DNA of 64,000 nt from Clostridiales bacterium DTU072 (GTDB taxonomy: Bacteria > Bacillota > Clostridia > Christensenellales > DTU072). Shown here piece by piece: positions 1 to 7,201 of this stretch (positions are counted from its first letter, which is position 1; the number at the start of each line of letters is the position of its first letter). The notes below the pieces were generated by a model, which had not been told where the DNA came from, made no database searches, and worked only from the letters and a program-made list of their open reading frames with translations. The position numbers were made by a program, and so were the translations under genes. Location of the stretch: the NCBI GenBank assembly GCA_001512685.1, contig LFSG01000028.1, positions 2,374 through 66,373 of the forward strand, written 5' to 3'.

Positions 1-622
1 GTATGGGGCGTCTTGATTTATAATCAATCGCCATCGCTTTTACGGTATTGATCAAAGATATGCAGTCCGCCCCTCCGTTTTCGGCGGCCTTGGCGTTATC
101 AGCAATATAAGATACATTAGGCGTAAGCTTGACTATCAGCGGCTTGTCGGTTCTTTTCTTTACCGCAGAAGTTATCCTCTCAACCTCTTTAGGCTCCACG
201 CCAAAAGCCACTCCCCCCTTCTTCACATTAGGACAGCTTATGTTAAGCTCCAGCATATCAATGTTTTTGGAAGCGTTTAAGCGCTCGGCTATAACGCAAT
301 AATCTTCAACGGTGTTGCCCGCGATATTGGCTATTATAACGGAATCAATGTCTTTTAACTTATTTTCATAATCATTCAAAAAACAGTCCAGGCCGGGATT
401 TTGCAGCCCCACGCTGTTGATTATTCCGCCGTAGGTTTCGGCTATGCGGGGAGAAAAATTGCCCTCTCTTTTTTCCAAAGTCAAGCCTTTTAAGCAAATG
501 CCGCCAAGTTTTGAGATATCGTAAAATTGCTTAAATTCTTCTCCGAAATTATATACGCCGCTGGCGGCGATAACGGGATTTTTAAATTCAATGCCGCAAA
601 TAACGGTCTTAAGAGCGCTCAT
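1..622 (-). CDS. pyrD: dihydroorotate dehydrogenase class 1B catalytic subunit; C-terminal part runs off the window
   Basis: Reverse translation from the ATG at 620-622 gives MSALKTVICGIEFKNPVIAASGVYNFGEEF...IAETYGGIINSVGLQNPGLD, a typical PyrD-B N-terminus. The start overlaps the pyrK stop (ATGA). It lies directly downstream of pyrK. Confidence 0.85.
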   Translation of the reverse strand, partial: MSALKTVICGIEFKNPVIAASGVYNFGEEFKQFYDISKLGGICLKGLTLEKREGNFSPRIAETYGGIINSVGLQNPGLDCFLNDYENKLKDIDSVIIANIAGNTVEDYCVIAERLNASKNIDMLELNISCPNVKKGGVAFGVEPKEVERITSAVKKRTDKPLIVKLTPNVSYIADNAKAAENGGADCISLINTVKAMAIDYKSRRPI

Positions 623-1359
623 AAAACCACCTCGTTTATATCGAATACGGGACCGTCAACGCAAACCCTTTTGTTGCCGTCCATTGTTTGGCAAGCGCAT
701 GTCAAGCATGCGCCGAATCCGCACCCCATTCTTTCCTCAAGCGAAACATAAACAGGTGTTTGGATACCTTTAACTTTATCTTTGAGCGCCTTTAACATAG
801 GTTTAGGGCCGCACGCAAAAACCGCGTCTACGCCGGCAAAATTCAGTTTATCGGTAATTACTCCCTTGCTTCCCAAGCTTCCGTCGTCGGTGGCGATTAC
901 CACGCGTTTGCAGCTTGATTGAAACTTATCCAAGCAAACAAAGCCGTTTTTGTCTTTGCAACCCAGATATGCGTAATATTCCAAACGCGGATGCTGTTTT
1001 ATGACCGAATATAAAGGAAAAACCCCCAAGCCGCCCCCCATTAGGGCAATCTTTTTGTAGTTTTTAACATCAAAGCCGTTTCCGCAGGGGATTATGATAT
1101 CAATTTTTTTTGATTTAGGAAGTTTTGATAAAGCTTTTGTGCCTTTGCCCACCGCTTGATACAGCAGCGTTACCGTATTTTTTTCAAAAGAATGAATGCT
1201 TATCGGTCTTTTTAAGGTTATTCCGTCTTCGCTTCCGCAATCGACCATTGCGAATTGCCCGCAATTGACAGCGGGCATATTCTTTATTTCCAGCCGCAAT
1301 TCATAAATATTGTTTTTTAATAATGTATTGCTGATAATTTCAGCCTTTGTATTAATCAT
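619..1359 (-). CDS. pyrK: dihydroorotate dehydrogenase electron-transfer subunit (FAD / 2Fe-2S)
   Basis: 246-aa ORF. It has an RPISI FAD-binding motif and a C-terminal Cys cluster (CGFGACLTCAC...VCVDGP) typical of PyrK. It sits between carA and pyrD. Confidence 0.85.
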   Translation of the reverse strand: MINTKAEIISNTLLKNNIYELRLEIKNMPAVNCGQFAMVDCGSEDGITLKRPISIHSFEKNTVTLLYQAVGKGTKALSKLPKSKKIDIIIPCGNGFDVKNYKKIALMGGGLGVFPLYSVIKQHPRLEYYAYLGCKDKNGFVCLDKFQSSCKRVVIATDDGSLGSKGVITDKLNFAGVDAVFACGPKPMLKALKDKVKGIQTPVYVSLEERMGCGFGACLTCACQTMDGNKRVCVDGPVFDINEVVL

Positions 1360-1366
1360 TTATTCC

Positions 1367-2419
1367 TCATAAATCCATCATGGCGGCAAAATTATTAAAT
1401 ATGCCGTCATTGTCAATTTTATCGTCCAAAACGGGATGGAATTGCGCGCCCAGGCCTTTGAATTTATCGCATATAATCCCCTCTACCGTTTTATCGTTCC
1501 AATTAATCCAGCTGACTTTAACATAGTCGGGCAAGGAAGAGGCGTCCACGACATATCCGTGGTTTTGCGAGGTAATGCTCATTTTGCCGCTGAGAAGATT
1601 TTTTATGGGCTGATTGCTTCCCCTGTGACCGTATTTTAATTTGATAACGCGGCCGCCCAAAGCAAGCGCAAGCAATTGGTGCCCCATGCTTATGCCCAAT
1701 ATGGGAAGTTTGCCCAGCAATAAACCTATATTTTTAATGGTGTCGGCATTATCATTGGGATCGCCCGGACCGTCGGTTATCACCAAGCCTTTGAAATCGC
1801 CGCTTAAGATTTCGTCGGCGCTTGTTAGCGGCGGAAAAACGGTAATATCGAAATCCATTTGACATAGTCCGTTAAGGATATATTTCTTGTGCCCCAAATC
1901 GATAACGGCTATTTTCTTTTTTTCATTGCCTTTAATATGATACTTTTCTTTGACGGCTACTTCCTTAACGGGATTTTTGATGGCGTACTCTTTCATTTGT
2001 TTTAATTCCGCTTGGGTGGGCAATTCATTGCAAATTATGCCGTTCATTACGCCGTTATCGCGCAATGTCTTAGTTAAATCCCGCGTGTCAAGTCCTTGTA
2101 TGCCGGTGATGTTATGCTTAATCAAATATTGTTCAAGCGTTCTTTCCGAGCGCCAATTGGAAGGATAATCGCAAAGTTCTCTTACCACAAGCCCTTTAAT
2201 TTTGGGGGAAGAGGATTCCACGTCTTCGCTGTTTACTCCATAGTTCCCTATCAGCGGATAAGTCATAGCTACGATTTGCCCGTAATAGGCGGGATCGGTA
2301 ATTATTTCCTCATATCCCGTCATGCTTGTGTTGAAGACAACTTCTCCGATTACATTATTTTTGCTTCCGAAAAGTTTGCCTTGAAAATATTTGCCGTTTT
2401 CAAGCACCAAAAATCCCAT
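1367..2419 (-). CDS. carA: carbamoyl-phosphate synthase small (glutaminase) subunit homologue with a non-canonical catalytic triad
   Basis: 350 aa. The CPSase small-chain N-domain is present (GEVVFNTSMTGYEEIITDPAYYGQIV, PLIGNYG), as are GATase motifs GPGDP, GHRGSNQP and SQNHGY. The nucleophile motif reads GISMGHQ rather than GICLGHQ, and the motif that is normally HPE reads FHPV. Confidence 0.85.
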   Translation of the reverse strand: MGFLVLENGKYFQGKLFGSKNNVIGEVVFNTSMTGYEEIITDPAYYGQIVAMTYPLIGNYGVNSEDVESSSPKIKGLVVRELCDYPSNWRSERTLEQYLIKHNITGIQGLDTRDLTKTLRDNGVMNGIICNELPTQAELKQMKEYAIKNPVKEVAVKEKYHIKGNEKKKIAVIDLGHKKYILNGLCQMDFDITVFPPLTSADEILSGDFKGLVITDGPGDPNDNADTIKNIGLLLGKLPILGISMGHQLLALALGGRVIKLKYGHRGSNQPIKNLLSGKMSITSQNHGYVVDASSLPDYVKVSWINWNDKTVEGIICDKFKGLGAQFHPVLDDKIDNDGIFNNFAAMMDL

Positions 2420-2421
2420 TT

Positions 2422-3327
2422 TTACCTGCCCAATACTCTGTTCAAGTCCTCTCTCATGTCAATCGCGGCTTGACGGGCAGCTTTGGTGAAATCGTTGCTG
2501 TATTTTTCATTTTTATAAGCAAGCAATATTCCTCTTGAGGAATTTACAATGCCGCCCAAACCGTCTTTATCGAAAAATCCTTTAATCATATCCGCATTGC
2601 CGCCTTGAAAGCCGTAACCGGGTATGAGAAAGAAAGTATGGCGCATTTTTGCCCTAAGCTTCTCGCCTTCTTCTTTGTGCGTGGCGCCCACAACCGCGCC
2701 TACGCTGCTGTAGCCGTATTTCCCTATCAGCGGTTTGCCCCATTCGCTGACAAGGTCGGCCATGGCTTCATATACCTTTCTGCCGTCCTCAAGAGTAAGA
2801 TTTTGGAATTCGTCCGAAGAAGGATTGCTGGTTTTTACAAGCACGAAGATTCCTCTATTCCTTTCGGCGCAGTCTTCCACAAAAGGCTTAATGCCGTCGG
2901 TGCCGAAATAGCCGTTTACGGTAATAAAGTCATTTTTAAAGAATCTTTTAAGTCCGATATCGTTCCTTCCCAAAAACGCGTTGCTGTAAGCTTTTGCCGA
3001 AGACTCGATATCGTTCCTTTTGACATCGGCTATGGTAAGCATTCCCCTTTTTTCGGCATAAAGCAAGGTGTCGTTAAACGCTTTTATGCCGGGCAAGCCG
3101 TACATTTCATAACAAGCTATTTGCGCCTTAACGGCGGGCACTATATCATAGATATTGTCAATAATAGCCTTATTGAACTCCAATATCCGCTCGCCGGCGG
3201 TATAATTATCCTTAATGCCTTCGTTGTCGGGCAAATAGCTTACCATGGTGTCAAGGCCGACTACCGACGGATTGTTGCATTCCTTAATTTTCTCAATCAA
3301 ACTGTCTATTATCATAATACCTCGCAA
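2422..3327 (-). CDS. pyrF: orotidine 5'-phosphate decarboxylase (long, type 2)
   Basis: 301-aa ORF in the pyr operon. Motifs include VGLD, the DVKRNDI lysine motif and a type-2 length. Its start overlaps the pyrC 3' end by 16 nt. Confidence 0.8.
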   Translation of the reverse strand: MRGIMIIDSLIEKIKECNNPSVVGLDTMVSYLPDNEGIKDNYTAGERILEFNKAIIDNIYDIVPAVKAQIACYEMYGLPGIKAFNDTLLYAEKRGMLTIADVKRNDIESSAKAYSNAFLGRNDIGLKRFFKNDFITVNGYFGTDGIKPFVEDCAERNRGIFVLVKTSNPSSDEFQNLTLEDGRKVYEAMADLVSEWGKPLIGKYGYSSVGAVVGATHKEEGEKLRAKMRHTFFLIPGYGFQGGNADMIKGFFDKDGLGGIVNSSRGILLAYKNEKYSNDFTKAARQAAIDMREDLNRVLGR

Positions 3328-4577
3328 TTTATTATTTTTTCATTTCTTATAGTATACAATGCTTTGCCGTAAACTTCATAACCGTTGAAAGGTGAATTCT
3401 TTCCTTTTGATAAAAATTTTGCCACGTCTATTGTGTACGGAGAATCAATATCCACAATGGTTATGTCCGTACAGCCTTCTTTAAGCCCTTCAAAGGGCAG
3501 CTTAAGCGCTCTCGCGGGATTAATGGACATAAGCTCAACCAGCTTGGCAAGCGAAATATGTCCCGCCTTAACCAAATAAGTATACGATAAAGCGAATGAG
3601 GTTTCCAACCCGCTGATACCGTTCGAGGCATATTGAAATTCAATTTTTTTCTCGTCTTCATGGTGCGGCGCGTGATCGGTTACTATGCAGTCTATTGTGC
3701 CGTCCTTAATGCCTTCTATTATCGCCAAACGGTCTTTCTCGGTTCTGATGGGCGGATTAACCTTAATATTGGTGTCGTAACTTGAAAGCAAGCTGTCTTC
3801 CAGCGTAAAATAATGGGGACAGGTTTCACAAGTAACCTTAACTCCCCTTTTCTTGGCATGGCGTATCATTTCCACGCTTCCCGCCGTGCTTACATGAGCT
3901 ATATGCACCGAAGTGTTAAGCGTTTCGGCAAGGCATATTTCCCTTGCCACAATAACTTCTTCGGCGGCTTTCGTATTGCCTCTCAGTCCGGCCAGAGTGG
4001 CGTTATAGCCCTCATTCGCGATACCGTCGGCAACCAAATTCTTATCTTCGCAATGACTTATTACAAGCACCCCGAAATCCGCCGCATACTCCAAAGCCAA
4101 ACGCATTATTTGAGAATTCTCCACCGGATTGCCGTCATCGCTTATGCCTACAATGCCCGCTTCTTTCATACAACCTATTTCCGCCAGTTCCTTGCCTTGC
4201 GAGCCTTTTGTTATGGCGCCTATGGGAAAAACTCTGCAAAAATCGGCTTTTGCCGCCTGGTCTTTTATATAAATTACCACCGATTCATTATCGCAAACAG
4301 GCCTCGTGTTTGGCATGCAGCATACCGAAGTAAATCCCCCTTTTGCCGCCGCTTTGGCGCCCGTATATATATTCTCTTTGTGCTCAAAGCCCGGCTCTCT
4401 TAAGTGCACGTGCATGTCAATCAAACCGGGCAAAACATATTTGCCTTTGGCGTCAATAACCTTATCGCATTGTTCAACGATATCGTAAGCAATGGTCTTG
4501 ACCTTGCCGCCGTCCATGAGTATATCCGCGGGTTTATCATATCCGATTAAGTTTCCGCCTTTTATTAACAGCTTCAT
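3312..4577 (-). CDS. pyrC: dihydroorotase
   Basis: 421 aa. Motifs include DMHVHLREPG, the metal-binding HxH, and TDHAPH. Its start overlaps the pyrB stop by 4 nt. Confidence 0.9.
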   Translation of the reverse strand: MKLLIKGGNLIGYDKPADILMDGGKVKTIAYDIVEQCDKVIDAKGKYVLPGLIDMHVHLREPGFEHKENIYTGAKAAAKGGFTSVCCMPNTRPVCDNESVVIYIKDQAAKADFCRVFPIGAITKGSQGKELAEIGCMKEAGIVGISDDGNPVENSQIMRLALEYAADFGVLVISHCEDKNLVADGIANEGYNATLAGLRGNTKAAEEVIVAREICLAETLNTSVHIAHVSTAGSVEMIRHAKKRGVKVTCETCPHYFTLEDSLLSSYDTNIKVNPPIRTEKDRLAIIEGIKDGTIDCIVTDHAPHHEDEKKIEFQYASNGISGLETSFALSYTYLVKAGHISLAKLVELMSINPARALKLPFEGLKEGCTDITIVDIDSPYTIDVAKFLSKGKNSPFNGYEVYGKALYTIRNEKIINCEVL

Positions 4578-5494
4578 ATCTTTCTGCCTCCCCTTGTCAG
4601 TAAAAACAATACCGCCATTCGGACGGCAACGCCGTTTGTAACCTGTTCGTTAATGACGCTTTGCCCGCAATCGGCCACTTCCGAAGTAAGCTCAACCCCT
4701 CTGTTCAAAGGCCCCGGATGCATTACGAGCGCGTTTTTGGCGGCTTTTGTCATCCTTTCGTCGGTAAGCCCATAGAATCTTCCGTATTCTTTTCGGGACG
4801 GTATTAGCCCGCTTTGCTGGCGTTCAAGCTGCATTCTCAGCCCCATAACCACGTTCGCGCCTTCTACCGCTTTATCCAAAGGGCATACCTTAGCGCCCAT
4901 TTTTTCAATATCATACGGTATCAGCGTACCGGGAGCTGAAATGTAAACATCCGCCCCCAGCTTGCTAAGGCCTATTATGTTGCTTCTTGCCACCCTTGAA
5001 TGCTTAATGTCCCCCACTATGGCGACCTTAAGCCCTTTTATTTCCCCTAATTTTTCGCGCATGGTGAACATATCCAAAAGCGCCTGCGTGGGGTGTTCAT
5101 TCATGCCGTCTCCCGCGTTCAAAACGCTTGCTTTTACATTTTTGGCAAGCAAATGAGGAGCGCCCGAGCAATTATGCCTGATGACGATTACGTCAGTCAT
5201 AAGCGCGTCAAGCGTTTTGCCCGTATCAATAAGCGATTCTCCTTTTTGAACGGATGAATTCCGGACAACGACATTGGATACCGACGCCGAAAGGAATTTC
5301 CCCGCCAGCTCAAAGCTCATTCTGGTTCTGGTGCTGTTTTCGTAAAAAAGCGTTACCATGCTTTTGTTTTGAAGATGAGGAACTCTCTTTACGCCTTGCG
5401 CAAGTATTTTCTTCATCTCTCTTGCCACATCGAGAATATTAATTAATTCCGACGCGTCAAGCTCTTTTAGTCCAAGCAAATCTTTTCTGCCCAT
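4574..5494 (-). CDS. pyrB: aspartate carbamoyltransferase catalytic subunit
   Basis: Motifs STRTR, HPTQ and HPGPLNRGVE are present. The track ORF starts at a GTG at 5518, but the ATG at 5492-5494 (MGRKDLL...) follows an AAAGGGGTGG Shine-Dalgarno at about 7 nt, so I place the start there. Confidence 0.9.
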   Translation of the reverse strand: MGRKDLLGLKELDASELINILDVAREMKKILAQGVKRVPHLQNKSMVTLFYENSTRTRMSFELAGKFLSASVSNVVVRNSSVQKGESLIDTGKTLDALMTDVIVIRHNCSGAPHLLAKNVKASVLNAGDGMNEHPTQALLDMFTMREKLGEIKGLKVAIVGDIKHSRVARSNIIGLSKLGADVYISAPGTLIPYDIEKMGAKVCPLDKAVEGANVVMGLRMQLERQQSGLIPSRKEYGRFYGLTDERMTKAAKNALVMHPGPLNRGVELTSEVADCGQSVINEQVTNGVAVRMAVLFLLTRGGRKI

Positions 5495-5517
5495 ATATCG
5501 CCACCCCTTTATTCCCA

Positions 5518-5545
5518 CAAAAAAAAGGTCTTTAATTAAAAAGAC

Positions 5546-5548
<3 letters not shown>
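5518..5548 (-). terminator. hairpin plus U8 between pyrR and pyrB (intra-operon attenuator/terminator candidate)
   Basis: The minus strand reads AGGUCUUU-UUAAUU-AAAGACCU followed by UUUUUUUU. The hairpin overlaps the pyrR TAG stop and lies 24 nt upstream of the pyrB ATG. Confidence 0.55.
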
Positions 5549-6109
<561 letters not shown>

Positions 6110-6114
6110 TTATG

Positions 6115-6200
6115 GCTAAAAAACAACCCGCACAGCTATGCGGGCAAGATAATCATTGTTTTGGTATTAATTATCTTTCGGCATCTCTGTGCCACGATTA
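6115..6200 (-). promoter_or_regulatory. pyr leader: PyrR-binding stem-loop plus intrinsic terminator (transcription attenuator)
   Basis: The minus strand reads UUUAAUCGU-GGCA-CAGAGA-UGCC-GAAAG, a CAGAGA-loop hairpin like the PyrR binding loop (6180-6193). Next is an AAGAUAAU...AUUAUCUU helix. Last is a CCCGCAUAGCUGUGCGGG hairpin (6127-6144) followed by UUGUUUUUU, just upstream of pyrR. Confidence 0.7.
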
Positions 6201-6311
6201 AAGATTGATTATAATCAATATACCATACCAAAAATTAAAATGCAATTAAAATTATTAACTATAAAAAGGTTGTTTATTATAAGTTCAACAGAATTGAATT
6301 AAAAAAATCCA

Positions 6312-7168
6312 TTAAATTTTCATAAACGCCGAGCAACCGCAAGGCAGGATTATGCCTTGCTCGGAAGGTATGCCCACTTCGTAGGCATCAGTATTGTGTT
6401 TAATACCGCAAAAATTTAAGTCTAAAATATTTTTCATAACGGTAGGCTGCAGCCCTGTGGTATATGAATTTATTAAATAAAAAAGCGGATTGTCGCTTAA
6501 CACGTTTTTTGTGAGCTTTACCAAAGAATAAATATTGTCTTCCAATTTCCATTTTTCGCCTTTGGGCCTCTTCCGTAGCTGGGAGGATCCATAATTATGG
6601 CATCGTATTTGTTGCCTCTTCTTATTTCTCTCTCCACGAATTTGACGCAGTCATCCACAATATATTTGACCTTTGAGCCGTCAAGCTTGGACAGCGCCAC
6701 ATTGGTTTTTGCCCTTTCGCACATGGATTTGGCGGCGTCGGTGTGGCAAACCCAAGCGCCCGCCGCCAAGCAAGCCAGCGTAGCGCCGCCCGTATAAGCA
6801 AACAGGTTCAAAACTTTAACCTCTCTGCGCGCGCTTTTTATGGTATCCATAATCAGCGCCCAATTGGCCGCTTGTTCGGGAAAAACGCTGGTATGCTTAA
6901 AGCCCATAAGTTTTAAGTTGAATTTGAGATTGCGCCAAGAAACAAAAAACTTTTGAGGATATTCCTTTAATACCGTCCATTTGCCTCCGCCGCTGGAGCT
7001 TCTTTCATAGACGGCGTTAAGACCCTTGTATTTTCGCATATCAAAGGGCTGCTCCCAAATAATTTGAGGATCCGGTCTGAGTAATATCACCCCTCCGAAA
7101 TCCTCAAGCTTCATGCCGTTTCCGGTCGCTATCAACCTATAATCTTTCCATTCGTTGTTAATTCTCAT
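6312..7168 (-). pseudogene. class I SAM-dependent (RlmI/YccW-like, PUA-less) methyltransferase interrupted by a 1-nt frameshift
   Basis: The ORF at 6518-7168 carries LNLFAYTGG (SAM motif I) and IMDPPSYGRGPK. The protein continues in another frame as PKGEKWKLEDNIYSLVKL...LINSYTTGL in ORF 6312-6545, which has only a TTG start. The frame switches at the GGCCCAAAGG run near 6560-6570. Confidence 0.7.
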
Positions 7169-7201
7169 TAGTCAAAACCAGTTCGCCTTTCTGTTATGAA
7201 A

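Noticed and set aside
2605-3372. A 255-aa plus-strand ORF antisense to pyrF. Comparable antisense ORFs lie at 3813-4403, 17401-17889, 18424-18990, 58541-59137, 59831-60433 and 62173-62856.
   Set aside because: Each fully overlaps a confidently identified conserved gene on the minus strand. None shows recognisable motifs or translation signals.
5495-5518. Longer N-terminal extensions offered by the ORF track: pyrB from a GTG at 5518, trmH-like from 61723, the 2519-aa gene from a TTG at 51327, and the 2450-aa gene from a TTG at 29134.
   Set aside because: The extensions contain the Shine-Dalgarno sequence or a terminator hairpin of the true start region, and they add non-conserved residues. 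Internal ATG starts with proper Shine-Dalgarno spacing fit better.
6200-6300. Promoter of the pyr operon: a TATAAT at 6208-6213, and a TTGAAC...TATAGT pair near 6258-6288.
   Set aside because: The first has no acceptable -35 or TGn element. The second has 19-nt spacing. Neither is convincing enough to annotate.
6312-6545. A 77-aa ORF as an independent small gene.
   Set aside because: It has only a TTG start inside the upstream ORF. Its sequence is the expected C-terminal continuation of the methyltransferase, so it is treated as part of a frameshifted gene.
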